Assembly: GCA_017935065.1 (NCBI GenBank)
Contig: JAGBIF010000012.1
Coordinates: 623 to 64,622 of the forward strand
Source: Clostridia bacterium
GTDB lineage: Bacteria > Bacillota > Clostridia > Oscillospirales > CAG-272
Length of the DNA: 64,000 nucleotides
Direction: 5' to 3'
Shown piece by piece: positions 45,430-54,980 of this stretch. Each line of letters begins with the position of its first letter. The first letter of the stretch is position 1. The notes beneath the pieces were generated by a model. The model saw nothing but the letters and a program-made list of their open reading frames with translations. It was not told where the DNA came from and searched no databases. Position numbers and translations under genes: made by a program.

Positions 45430-48048
45430 ATGAAAAAGACTAGAATTTTTATTCTGACAGTAGCAATTCTTCTTTGCGCGGTATTTCTCGCATCCTGCGG
45501 AACAGATATTCCCGAGGATGAGCTGCTTCTTATTGAGCGCGGAGCGCCGAAATTCAAAATCGTTACCGCTGCGGGACTTACCGAGGAGGAATACGCCGAG
45601 GTCGAGCGCTTTATCGCGACACTCGGGGAGCTTGGAATTGAGCTTGACGAGCCTATCACCGACGAGGACGAGACGCTTGTCGGCGATTGCGAGATAATTT
45701 TCGGCAAGGACATCAAATTCCGCGAGGGCTGTGCGGTTACTCAAAGAGACATAGGTGAGGAGGGCTACTGCGTCAAGACGGTCGGAAATAAAATCGTCGT
45801 TTGCGGCGGAAGCACCGAGATGTTTAAAACCGCGGTTTCCCTGCTTCTTTCCGAGGGGCTCGGCATCACCGAGGACACACGGGCCGACAAATATATGTAT
45901 CTCACCGCCCCCCGTGAGCTTAACCTTCTTAAGACCACCGACTACAAGCTTGAAGAGCTCACCGTAAACGGTGTGGATATCGGCGAGTTCGTCCTTTCCT
46001 ACACCGACAATGACACGCTGAGTGAGGCGGCAACCCTTCTTCGCGACGCTATTCACGAATACACGGGTATAATTCTCAAAAATGAAAGCGAGCTTCCCGA
46101 GGGTACTGAGGCAAAGCATAAAATTATTATCCGTATTTCGAGCAATAAATCGGGCGCGGGCTTCAGCGTGAGTATGGCAGGCAATGACCTTATGATAAGC
46201 TGCTACAGCGAAAAGCGCTTTATGCTCGGCTTTAACGATTGGCTTTCCTCAACCGTAACCTCGGGCTCGTCAAAGAAGCTTGATATCGGTAGCAGTAAGT
46301 ACGAATACGATATTACCTATACCTATGAGGAGTTTGGCGCAAAGGGCGACGGCAGGACCGACGATTTCCTCGCGGTGCTAAAGGCTCATCAGGCGGCAAA
46401 CCAGGAGGGTATTCCTATTCGCATTAAGACCAGCGCCTCCTACTATTTCGGCAAGAGCTCTCACGGTAAGGCAATTCCTATCAAGACCAACGTGGATTTC
46501 GGCAGAGCCGTATTCATAGTGGATGACGGCGATGTTAACCCCTTCGACGAGGCAATAAGAATGAGAAACGTCTTTGAAATAGTCCCCTCGTCAAATAAAA
46601 TGCCCTACATCGTGGCTGGCTCAAAATATACCGACGCGGGCTTTGTGCTTAAGACGGTAGGCTCGGGCGCGGATGCGTACAATGTATATAAGAATGAAAA
46701 CGATTCGCCCGTGCTCAAAAAGGGTGCAACCAACTTCCCTATGACCTTCGGCGGTGATGTTCTGCTCCGCATCGTGAACGCTGTGGAGAAGGTCTACGTC
46801 CGTACGGGCGGAAATGCCAATGCGGGCGCTGACAAGGAGGAAATGATCCTCGTTCGCTCGGACGGTAAGATAGATCCCACCACCCCCGTGCTCTGGGACT
46901 ATAATGGATTTACCGAAATTGAGGTAATTCCCATTGACGATACTGCAATAACCGTTAAGGGCGGTATCTTCAAGACACTTGCAAACCGTCTTAAGACCGA
47001 GGCACCCGAGGGATTTTCCACAGGCGACCAGTATTACTACTTCGGACGCGGTGTCTACGTTGCCAGAAGCAATACCGTGATAGAGGGCCTCACTCATATT
47101 ATTGAAAACGAGGTTGTCGTTGAGGATGGAAAGCCCAATGACGGCGGTTATCCCTACCGCGGATGGCTTGACGTAAGATTATGCAATAACGTCCTTATCA
47201 ATAACGTTAAATTCCAGGGACACAGATGGTATAAGGAGGACAGAGCCGATGCAAGCGGCAAGCCCGTTACCGACTCGGGTACTTCTATGGGTACCTACGA
47301 GATCAACGCCTGGACCGCAAACAATATCACCTGGCAGAACTGCACTCAGTCAAACAGCACCACGAACTCGCTCTTCTGGGGAGTTATGGGCTCGAACTTC
47401 GTAAAGAATCTTACCTTTGATAACTGCAACCTCTCTCGCTTTGACGCGCATCAGGGCGTTGCCAACGCAACGGTTAAAAATTCGGTTATAGGTCAGAATA
47501 TCAACTGTATCGGCTCGGGTGATCTTAAGATTATCAATACGAAAAAGCTCACTAACAACACCTTTGTTACACTCAGGACCGACTACGGCTCGACCTGGGA
47601 GGGCGACGTCCTTCTTAAGGATTGCACGCTTGTCGGGCATACCTCTACAAAGGAGGATACGCCTACGAAGTATAACAATAACGGAAGCATATTTACGATG
47701 GGCTACACCAAGGGACATAACTTCGGATACGAGACCTATCTTTTCAAGAATATCACGATTGACAACTTCACCTTCGACGAGCATCTTACCACGAGATATC
47801 TCTTCAGGGCGAGCTCGGCGCCGACGCTTCAGGCAGACGGAGTCACCTGGAAGAATGAGGATAACTTCAACGCTGATATGTTCACCGACCCCGTTAACCC
47901 CTACCACGCGCCCGAGTCTATCACCATCATAAACCAGACCGAGGCAAACAGCTTCAAGCTCTGCAATAAGGACGGGGTATTTACCGAGCTTATCTCAAGC
48001 GGTAAATTGGTGATAAATGATGAAAAGGGCAGGCTGACACAGAACTAG
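45430..48048 (+). CDS. Large surface lipoprotein, paralog 5 of 5 (most divergent)
   Basis: LASC lipobox; YEEFGAKGDGRTDD, YVRTGGN, MGTYE, FWGVMGSN, SRFDAHQG, LRTDYGSTWEG. Confidence 0.75.
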   Translation: MKKTRIFILTVAILLCAVFLASCGTDIPEDELLLIERGAPKFKIVTAAGLTEEEYAEVERFIATLGELGIELDEPITDEDETLVGDCEIIFGKDIKFREGCAVTQRDIGEEGYCVKTVGNKIVVCGGSTEMFKTAVSLLLSEGLGITEDTRADKYMYLTAPRELNLLKTTDYKLEELTVNGVDIGEFVLSYTDNDTLSEAATLLRDAIHEYTGIILKNESELPEGTEAKHKIIIRISSNKSGAGFSVSMAGNDLMISCYSEKRFMLGFNDWLSSTVTSGSSKKLDIGSSKYEYDITYTYEEFGAKGDGRTDDFLAVLKAHQAANQEGIPIRIKTSASYYFGKSSHGKAIPIKTNVDFGRAVFIVDDGDVNPFDEAIRMRNVFEIVPSSNKMPYIVAGSKYTDAGFVLKTVGSGADAYNVYKNENDSPVLKKGATNFPMTFGGDVLLRIVNAVEKVYVRTGGNANAGADKEEMILVRSDGKIDPTTPVLWDYNGFTEIEVIPIDDTAITVKGGIFKTLANRLKTEAPEGFSTGDQYYYFGRGVYVARSNTVIEGLTHIIENEVVVEDGKPNDGGYPYRGWLDVRLCNNVLINNVKFQGHRWYKEDRADASGKPVTDSGTSMGTYEINAWTANNITWQNCTQSNSTTNSLFWGVMGSNFVKNLTFDNCNLSRFDAHQGVANATVKNSVIGQNINCIGSGDLKIINTKKLTNNTFVTLRTDYGSTWEGDVLLKDCTLVGHTSTKEDTPTKYNNNGSIFTMGYTKGHNFGYETYLFKNITIDNFTFDEHLTTRYLFRASSAPTLQADGVTWKNEDNFNADMFTDPVNPYHAPESITIINQTEANSFKLCNKDGVFTELISSGKLVINDEKGRLTQN

Positions 48049-48131
48049 CCCCCACTAAAAGCAGATATCACAAAGGACGGTCGGTGACGTTAGACTGCCT
48101 TTGCTTTAGTAGCGATTGCACCTACCGTGGG

Positions 48132-48170
48132 AAGGGGCTGTCTCAAATTCGCGTTTGAGACAGCCCCTTT
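48132..48170 (+). terminator. Intrinsic terminator closing the beta-helix array
   Basis: AAGGGGCTGTCTCAAA / TTTGAGACAGCCCCTT perfect 16-bp stem + T tract. Confidence 0.75.
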
Positions 48171-48200
48171 ATCGTATAAAACAAACAGCTCCTTTATCGT

Positions 48201-48245
48201 AAAAAAAGAAAGGACCCCTCGCTGACCGGGCGAGAGGTCTTTTTT
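48201..48245 (-). terminator. Intrinsic terminator of the small peptide gene (bidirectional)
   Basis: AAAGGACCCCTCGC / GCGAGAGGTCTTT stem with A tract on the left and T tract on the right. Confidence 0.75.
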
Positions 48246-48262
48246 GTCAGGATAAAGCCTAC

Positions 48263-48388
48263 TTAACCAGAAGTTGGATCGTTGGTAGGATCCCAGTCTG
48301 TACCGGGAGTGTCACCGCCGTCGCTTGTCGTAATAACGTCAAGCGATTTAAGCTCTACAATTTCGCATATTGGATTTTCATATTTCAT
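48263..48388 (-). CDS. 41-aa peptide MKYENPICEIVELKSLDVITTSDGGDTPGTDWDPTNDPTSG (absent from the ORF track); RiPP-precursor-like
   Basis: AGGAGG RBS 6 nt before the ATG, consensus promoter upstream, terminator downstream; YxxP leader motif. Confidence 0.8.
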   Translation of the reverse strand: MKYENPICEIVELKSLDVITTSDGGDTPGTDWDPTNDPTSG

Positions 48389-48423
48389 AAAATTCCTCCT
48401 ATACAAAACCTGACTGCAAGAGT

Positions 48424-48452
48424 ATTATAGCACAGATATCCGAAAAATGCAA
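48424..48452 (-). promoter_or_regulatory. Sigma-A promoter of the small peptide gene
   Basis: Minus strand TTGCAT-17 nt-TATAAT with extended TG. Confidence 0.75.
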
Positions 48453-48539
48453 GAGGAAAAGGAAAATTGAAAATTGAAGGTTGAAAATTAAACTTAATTC
48501 CTTGTCAGGGAATGCTCTTTTTTGTTGATTTAGTTTAGA

Positions 48540-48690
48540 GTTATGAGGCTCGCTTTCGCTCACCGTTATGAGCTTGGCACAGCAAGCGTTATGATATGAT
48601 TGCCCTACTAACCTATAACTTGGCGAAGCCAATCATAACTATGCGAAGCATATCATAACTCATAACTTGCCCGAGGGGGCAATCATAGCT
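48540..48690. repeat. Head-to-head array of GTTATGA/TCATAAC heptamers separated by short hairpins (REP/BIME-like)
   Basis: GTTATGA at 48540, 48565, 48588; TCATAAC-like at 48613, 48633, 48653, 48660, 48683; spacers TTGGC-GAA-GCCAA, TATGC-GAA-GCATA, TTGCCC..GGGCAA. Confidence 0.7.
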
Positions 48691-48720
48691 GTAGCGAGAT
48701 GCTCTGTAAAGAGTATCTCG

Positions 48721-49686
48721 CTACACAGTCGCGTTCTTTTTCTTTCTTCTGCCTCTGTGGCGCGCGCTTCGTCTTTTCTGATTGCTCTTCTCGATTGCCG
48801 CCTCGTGCGCGATAATCATTTCCTCGCTTGCCCCGTCTACGGTAAGCTTTGCGCGCCAGGTATCGTTGAAGTTCCTGTGAAGCTTAAGCGTAAGCAGCAT
48901 ATCACCGTGCTCCTCGCACTTATAGTGAAGCGTGTACTTCTGTCCCTTTGAATGAAGCAGACCGCCCGCCCTTTTCATAAGCCCATCGCACAGCGGACAT
49001 TTAGGCTCTGCCACGGGGGTGTCCTCAAGCATCTCGTTTATCGTCACGTATCCGTCATCCCCGCCGTCGGCATCGCCTATTATCGCCGAGTAAAGATGCT
49101 CTGTGGCAATGTTGCCGTAATCCCTGATGCCCTGTGGCACGTCAAGCCGCTTTGCGACGAGGGCTGTGAAATAGGCATCGTTCAGCGCATCGTGCGCGGG
49201 AAGCCTCTGAGGTATCTCAAAATATTCCATAGCATACTCAAGCGAGCGCTGCTTCGTGCCGCCGTCGGTCTGCATATTGAATATTGCCTGAAGGTCGTAG
49301 GTGCAGTCAAGCCAGTCCATATCTATCTTATGCACGTGGAAGTTTTCCTTAAGCATCGGGATATCGTCGGGCCCCCAGGTGAGAAATACGAAGTCCTCAC
49401 CGCACCAGCGGCGAAAGCTCTCTGCCGCGTCGCTAAGAGATATTCCCGCATCCATCTGCTCTTGAGATATGCCCGTAAGGTCTGCCACCATACGGTGAAT
49501 TTTCTTAAAATACTTCGGCTTTACGATAGCCTGATATGAGCCGCACGGCTGCATCCTTGAGTCAAGCTTTACCGCGCCTATCTGTATGACCTCACCGCGG
49601 AGCCTGCAGGCGAGCTGCTTCTGTACGGCAATGGCCTTCTGCGCATACGCCTGATTCCACTCAAGGTCAAGTGTTATATAATACAT
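48721..49686 (-). CDS. DEDDh 3'-5' exonuclease (KapD/ERI1-like) with C-terminal Zn-ribbon and basic tail
   Basis: LDLEWN, IQIGAVK, TWGPDD, HDALNDA; CPLC...CEEH. Confidence 0.85.
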   Translation of the reverse strand: MYYITLDLEWNQAYAQKAIAVQKQLACRLRGEVIQIGAVKLDSRMQPCGSYQAIVKPKYFKKIHRMVADLTGISQEQMDAGISLSDAAESFRRWCGEDFVFLTWGPDDIPMLKENFHVHKIDMDWLDCTYDLQAIFNMQTDGGTKQRSLEYAMEYFEIPQRLPAHDALNDAYFTALVAKRLDVPQGIRDYGNIATEHLYSAIIGDADGGDDGYVTINEMLEDTPVAEPKCPLCDGLMKRAGGLLHSKGQKYTLHYKCEEHGDMLLTLKLHRNFNDTWRAKLTVDGASEEMIIAHEAAIEKSNQKRRSARHRGRRKKKNATV

Positions 49687-49719
49687 CAGAAAAGTCCTTT
49701 TTACAAAAATACATTATAC

Positions 49720-49748
49720 ATTATACACCAAGTGAGTGACTATGTCAA
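49720..49748 (-). promoter_or_regulatory. Sigma-A promoter of the exonuclease gene
   Basis: Minus strand TTGACA-17 nt-TATAAT. Confidence 0.75.
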
Positions 49749-49871
49749 CCCCAAAAGCCCCACTCTTAATAGAAGATTAACAATAGTGAATTTCCAAAGT
49801 AAATTCCACTGTGAAATATACTTTGGAAATTAAGTGGTAAGTAATTGTCGGAATTATTCACTCTCGTTTAC

Positions 49872-49900
49872 TTGACAACCCCATATTTATAATGTATAAT
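49872..49900 (+). promoter_or_regulatory. Sigma-A promoter of glutamine synthetase
   Basis: TTGACA-17 nt-TATAAT perfect consensus. Confidence 0.8.
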
Positions 49901-49935
49901 TATAGAATATTAAGACTTCACCTGGAGAGAGAAGT

Positions 49936-52035
49936 ATGAACAACTCACCCAAAATACCCGAGCTTTTTGCCTCGCTCGTCTTTAGCGAGGAGGTAATGAA
50001 GGAAAGACTTCCCAAGGATGTGTACGAATCACTTATGCACACCGTAGAGGAGGGAAATGAAATAGATGCCTCGATTGCCGACGTCGTCGCGGGCGCGATG
50101 AAGGATTGGGCAATTGAGCATGGGGCTACGCACTTTACTCATTGGTTTTCGCCTCTTGCGGGCGTAACCGCTGAAAAGCACGATGCCTTCCTTACGCCTA
50201 TCGGTCACGGTCGGGCGATAATGGAATTCTCGGGCAAGGAGCTTATCAAGGGTGAGCCTGATGCCTCAAGCTTCCCTACGGGCGGACTTCGCGCGACCTT
50301 TGAGGCGCGCGGCTACACCGCGTGGGACCCCGCCTCGTACGCCTTTATAAAGGACGGCTCGCTTTACATACCCACTGCGTTTTGCGCATATACGGGTGAG
50401 GCGCTCGATACCAAGACACCGCTTCTTCGCTCTATGGATGCGATAAGCCGAGAGGGACTTCGCATAGTCCGCCTCTTCGGTGACAGCGAGGCAAGGCGTG
50501 TTACCACCACCGTCGGTGCAGAGCAGGAATACTTCCTCATTCCCGAGGAGGATTACCGTCGCCGCCGCGACCTCTACTACTGCGGAAGAACGCTCTTTGG
50601 CGCCCCCGCCGTAAAGGGACAGGAAATGGAGGACCACTACTTCGGCGCGCTTCCTACCAAGGTCGGTGAGTATATGCACGAGCTTGACCTTGAGCTTTGG
50701 CGCCTCGGCATCTCGGCTAAAACCAAGCACAACGAGACCGCCCCCGCACAGCACGAGCTTGCCCCCGTATATAATACCACCAATATCGCGGTTGATAACA
50801 ACCTGCTTATGATGGAATGTATGAAGAAGCTCGCCCCCAAGCACGGAATGGCCTGCCTTCTTGCCGAAAAGCCCTTTGAGGGCATCAACGGCTCGGGTAA
50901 GCATAACAACTGGTCGCTCGGCACCGACACGGGCGTAAATCTTCTGAAGCCAGGTAAGACCCCCGAGAAAAACAAGCGCTTCCTGCTCGTTCTCGCCGCG
51001 GTAATCAGGGCGGTTGACGAGTATCAGGACCTTCTTCGCATCTCTGCCGCCACCGCGGGCAACGATTGCCGTCTTGGCGGAAACGAGGCGCCCCCCGCTA
51101 TTATCTCTGTTTTCTTGGGTGATGAGCTTGACGCGCTCGTTCACGCGATAATCGACGGCAAGGAAACCTTCAAGTCGGACAAGAAGTATATGTCCCTCGG
51201 TATTCCCTCGGTGCCTCAGATCCGCAAGGACAATACCGACAGAAACCGCACCTCGCCCTTTGCCTTTACGGGCAATAAGTTTGAGTTCCGTATGATAGGC
51301 TCGTCACAGAATATCGCGCTTGCGAATACCGTGCTCAATACCGCCGTTGCCGACTCGTTCAAGCTCTTTGCGGACGAGCTTGAGGCGGCTTCCGACTTTG
51401 ACGGTGCGGTTGATGAAATCATAAAGCGCACGCTCACCGACCACGCGAGAATACTCTTCTCGGGCAATTCCTATTCCAAGGAGTGGGAGGATGAGGCAAA
51501 GCGCCGCGGACTGTCCTGCCACAAGACCTCGCCCGAGGCATACGCGCACTTTGACGATGATAAGAATGCCGAGCTGTTCTTCAGGTTCGGTGTTATGAGT
51601 AAAAACGAGCTTCGCTCAAGGCGCGAGATTTTCTTTGAGAGCTACCGTAAGATAAAGAACGTAGAGGCTCGCACGATGCTTGAGATGACCGTCCGCGACT
51701 ACATCCCTGCCGTCAGCAGCTATATAGGAAAGCTCTCCTCCGACCTTTTGGCACAGGTCTCGGTGCTTCCCGAAATCAAGACACCGGGAAGGCGCGAGCA
51801 TATAGAAAGGCTCTCGACACTTCTTACCTCTACCTACGATGCCTACTACGCGCTTGCCGAGGCAGAGGATAGGGCGGTGGCAATCCCCGACACCGAGGAG
51901 GCTGCGTTCTTCTATAAGGATATAGTGATCCCCAGAATGGACACGCTTCGCACCTGTGTCGACACAATGGAAACCCTCACCGCGCGCGACTTCTGGCCCG
52001 TACCCACCTACGGTGATATGACCTTCGCGATATAG
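49936..52035 (+). CDS. glnA: Glutamine synthetase type III
   Basis: 699 aa; [61 protein letters not shown]. Confidence 0.95.
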   Translation: MNNSPKIPELFASLVFSEEVMKERLPKDVYESLMHTVEEGNEIDASIADVVAGAMKDWAIEHGATHFTHWFSPLAGVTAEKHDAFLTPIGHGRAIMEFSGKELIKGEPDASSFPTGGLRATFEARGYTAWDPASYAFIKDGSLYIPTAFCAYTGEALDTKTPLLRSMDAISREGLRIVRLFGDSEARRVTTTVGAEQEYFLIPEEDYRRRRDLYYCGRTLFGAPAVKGQEMEDHYFGALPTKVGEYMHELDLELWRLGISAKTKHNETAPAQHELAPVYNTTNIAVDNNLLMMECMKKLAPKHGMACLLAEKPFEGINGSGKHNNWSLGTDTGVNLLKPGKTPEKNKRFLLVLAAVIRAVDEYQDLLRISAATAGNDCRLGGNEAPPAIISVFLGDELDALVHAIIDGKETFKSDKKYMSLGIPSVPQIRKDNTDRNRTSPFAFTGNKFEFRMIGSSQNIALANTVLNTAVADSFKLFADELEAASDFDGAVDEIIKRTLTDHARILFSGNSYSKEWEDEAKRRGLSCHKTSPEAYAHFDDDKNAELFFRFGVMSKNELRSRREIFFESYRKIKNVEARTMLEMTVRDYIPAVSSYIGKLSSDLLAQVSVLPEIKTPGRREHIERLSTLLTSTYDAYYALAEAEDRAVAIPDTEEAAFFYKDIVIPRMDTLRTCVDTMETLTARDFWPVPTYGDMTFAI

Positions 52036-52044
52036 CATACAAAT

Positions 52045-52086
52045 AAAACACACCCGATAGGAGCAAGCTCCTCTCGGGTGTGTTTT
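52045..52086. terminator. Bidirectional intrinsic terminator
   Basis: AAAACACACCCGA..GGAGC / GCTCC..TCGGGTGTGTTTT. Confidence 0.8.
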
Positions 52087-52135
52087 CTAATTATTCATTT
52101 TTCATTATTCATCATTCATTACCGACCTTGTCGGG

Positions 52136-52459
52136 TTATATCAGAATCGGTATCAGAAGCTCTAAAACCAGCACCGCGAGGGCCGAGCCTGTGGCTACTG
52201 TGATAAGGCTTCTTTTGAAGTAGGCGAGGGTTACCGCAACTACGGCGGCTGCTATGCCCGAGGCGAGGTAGTCTGTCGCGTGAAAAAGCGCGGGGATAGC
52301 CATAACCGACAGCACGGCGTAGGGAACGTAATAGAGGAAGGAACGCACAAATCTATTCTTTATTTTCTTCCTTATAAATAGCATAGGAAGCAGGCGAAGA
52401 AGATATGTCACGCCTGCCATAACCGCAAGGCTTATGAGAAACTGTCCGAAATCAAGCAT
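52136..52459 (-). CDS. azlD: AzlD-family branched-chain amino acid exporter small subunit
   Basis: MAGVTYLLRLLP, FLYYVPYAVL; overlaps the azlC stop. Confidence 0.82.
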   Translation of the reverse strand: MLDFGQFLISLAVMAGVTYLLRLLPMLFIRKKIKNRFVRSFLYYVPYAVLSVMAIPALFHATDYLASGIAAAVVAVTLAYFKRSLITVATGSALAVLVLELLIPILI

Positions 52460-53225
52460 CCCCCATCACCTCGCTTCCCTCGGTATCCCCTCCGTCTTTA
52501 GTATCGGCAGAGGCGTCTATCTCATCGTCGGGCAGAGGTGATACTATTGACATCACAACGCTTGCGGCAACGGCGCAGATTATGATAACGAAGCCGTCGG
52601 GCACCGCCTCAAGTGCTGGAAGATAGAAGAACAGACAGGACAGCGCCACCGAGATTGCGACTACCGCAAGTATCGGGTGCGACTCGCGTGCCGCGGGGGT
52701 TACTATCGCGATAAACATTGCGTACATAGCCACACCGAGCGCCGAGACCACCACCGCGGGCAGAATATTTCCCGCAACCGCGCCAAGAAGCGTTCCTAGC
52801 GTCCATCCGAGATAGGGGAATATAAGCAGTGAGAGCATATATTTCATACCGAGTGGGCGCCTCTTGCCAACGCTCACCGCGTACATCTCGTCGGTGACGG
52901 TAAAGGCGAGGATAAATCTGTGGCGAATACCGATGTTTTTGTCAAGCTGCATTGACAGCGAGATTGACATAAGCGAATATCGCATATTGATAACCAGCTG
53001 TGTCAGCGCAAGCTCAATAAGCCTGCCGCCTGCCGCGATTATCGGTGCCGCCGCAAGCTGTCCTGCCGAGGTGAGGTTTGTCATTGAGATAAGCACCGCC
53101 TCAAGCAGAGTAAGCCCCAGCGAATTTGACAGTATGCCGAACGCAAATGAGGTGGCAAGATAGCCAAGTCCTATCGGCAGACCGTCCTTAAGACCTGCTT
53201 TTATATCGTTTTGTACCGTTTCCAT
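52452..53225 (-). CDS. azlC: AzlC-family branched-chain amino acid exporter
   Basis: PIGLGY, SAGQ, INMRY, TDEMYAV, WTLGTLLG. Confidence 0.88.
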   Translation of the reverse strand: METVQNDIKAGLKDGLPIGLGYLATSFAFGILSNSLGLTLLEAVLISMTNLTSAGQLAAAPIIAAGGRLIELALTQLVINMRYSLMSISLSMQLDKNIGIRHRFILAFTVTDEMYAVSVGKRRPLGMKYMLSLLIFPYLGWTLGTLLGAVAGNILPAVVVSALGVAMYAMFIAIVTPAARESHPILAVVAISVALSCLFFYLPALEAVPDGFVIIICAVAASVVMSIVSPLPDDEIDASADTKDGGDTEGSEVMGDA

Positions 53226-53258
53226 TTTAGTGCCTTTGATTTTTCGAATATGCTTCGT

Positions 53259-54980
53259 TTATGAATATGCCTTGAATTGATAAGAGTAGAGGTGGCTGTA
53301 CTCACCGCCGAGGGCGAGAAGCTCCTCGTGAGTGCCTCGCTCAATAATTCCGTTTTTGTCAAGCACAACGATCTCGTCAGCCCCCTTGACGGTTGAGAGC
53401 CTGTGCGCCACGACGATAACCGTCCTTCCCGAGGAAAGCTCCTCGAGCGATTTCTGTATCTGCATCTCGGTTACGTTGTCAAGGGCGCTTGTCGCCTCGT
53501 CAAGAATGAGCAGAGAGGGATTTTTCAGAAAGGCGCGCGCAATTGATATACGCTGTCTCTGACCGCCCGAGAGCTTTACACCGCGCTCGCCGACCTCGGT
53601 CAGGTAGCCGTCCTTAAGTGTGATAATGAACTCGTGAATGCTTGCCCGCTTTGCCGCCTCAACTATTTCCTCGTCGGTAGCATCGGGGCGCGCGTAGGCA
53701 ATATTGTCACGCACCGTGCCGTCAAAGAGGAAAATGCTCTGTGACACGATACCGATATGCGAGCGCAGAGAGGCGAGCCTGATATCGCGTATATCAATGC
53801 CGTCAAGCGTAATTCTACCCTCGCTTATCTCGTAAAATCTCGGAATAAGGTTACAAAGAGTAGTCTTGCCGCCGCCCGAGGGGCCTACAAGCGCCAGCGT
53901 CTTGCCCGCCTTGACGTCAAGCGACAGACCGTCTATAACACGCACCCCGTCGGTGTCCCCGTAGCTGAAGCCGACGTTCTCAAAGCGAATATCACCGACA
54001 ACGCTCTCAAGCTGGACCCTGCCCTCGTCGATTTCCTCAGGCTCATCCATGATCTCGCAAAATCTTGAGAAGCCTGTCATACCCTCCTGAAGCTGCTCGA
54101 ATATCGCGACAAACTTCTGTACGGGGGTTAAGAACATACCGATATAGAGTATAAACGCGGCAAACTCACCCGTGTCTATTTTTCCCGAGAGCAGGAAAAG
54201 ACCGCCGATAAAGATTATCGCAAGATAGAGAAAATCCCCGATAAAGCCCATTACCGTCTCGTATCTGCCCATAGCCTTCATAGCCTGTCCGCGATAGGTG
54301 GCAAAAAGACGGTTGGCGACACCGAAGCGTTCCATCTCGTAATGCTCGGCACAGTAGGACTTGGTCTCTCTTATACCCGAAATAGAGTTTTCAAGCGTTG
54401 AGTTTATGACCGAGGTCTGCTGACGGGATTTCTTCATCGCGCTCTTCATTCCCCTTCGCGATAACACCGCAAGCAGTACGATAAAGGGAAGAAAGGCGAA
54501 CATTATCAGCGTCAGAGTGACATTTATCCTGATAAGCATAACGAACGAGCCTATCAGCATCAGCAGAATAAGAAACAGATTTTCAGGCCCGTGGTGCGCA
54601 AGCTCGGAAACCTCAAAGAGGTCGTTTACAAGCCTTGAGAGCAGGTCACCCGTCTTGTGGTCATCATAGTATGAGGTAGGCAGGCTCTCGTATTTCTTAA
54701 AGAGGTCGCGCCTCATATCCTGCTGAAGCTTAATTCCCATTACGTGACCGTAGTAGCTCACGATATAGGTGCAAAGCGACTTGATAAGATAAATACCGAG
54801 AAGCAGGGCAGAGAAGAGAATTACCCGCCTCGGGGTGTCATCGTGCGAATATACGTTAATTATATCCTTTGCCAGTGTCGGGTAGTAGAGATTGCACACC
54901 GCGATAACTATAGCGGCAAGCATATCGACGGCAAAGAGAAGCTTATAGGGCTTATAGTAGCCGACAAATCTTTTAATCAT
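53259..54980 (-). CDS. ABC exporter, fused permease/ATP-binding protein
   Basis: N-terminal TM domain; GPSGGGKT, LSGGQRQR, ILDEATSALD, AHRL. Confidence 0.93.
   Translation of the reverse strand: MIKRFVGYYKPYKLLFAVDMLAAIVIAVCNLYYPTLAKDIINVYSHDDTPRRVILFSALLLGIYLIKSLCTYIVSYYGHVMGIKLQQDMRRDLFKKYESLPTSYYDDHKTGDLLSRLVNDLFEVSELAHHGPENLFLILLMLIGSFVMLIRINVTLTLIMFAFLPFIVLLAVLSRRGMKSAMKKSRQQTSVINSTLENSISGIRETKSYCAEHYEMERFGVANRLFATYRGQAMKAMGRYETVMGFIGDFLYLAIIFIGGLFLLSGKIDTGEFAAFILYIGMFLTPVQKFVAIFEQLQEGMTGFSRFCEIMDEPEEIDEGRVQLESVVGDIRFENVGFSYGDTDGVRVIDGLSLDVKAGKTLALVGPSGGGKTTLCNLIPRFYEISEGRITLDGIDIRDIRLASLRSHIGIVSQSIFLFDGTVRDNIAYARPDATDEEIVEAAKRASIHEFIITLKDGYLTEVGERGVKLSGGQRQRISIARAFLKNPSLLILDEATSALDNVTEMQIQKSLEELSSGRTVIVVAHRLSTVKGADEIVVLDKNGIIERGTHEELLALGGEYSHLYSYQFKAYS

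Noticed and set aside
34574-48048. Prophage tailspike cluster
   Set aside because: The proteins have lipoprotein or membrane signals; no integrase, capsid, terminase or other phage genes nearby.
48132-48170. Joined IS1182-like terminal inverted repeats (GGGGCTGT...ACAGCCCC)
   Set aside because: The resemblance is only suggestive; no transposase remnant or target duplication, and the position fits a terminator.
48049-48400. tmRNA or other structured ncRNA in the intergenic region
   Set aside because: No tRNA-like ends; the region is explained by two terminators and the 41-aa peptide gene.
52090-52120. TTCATT-type low-complexity repeats (also GAAAATT runs at 48461-48489)
   Set aside because: Short degenerate AT-rich heptamer runs with no ORF or clear structure; treated as low-complexity intergenic DNA.
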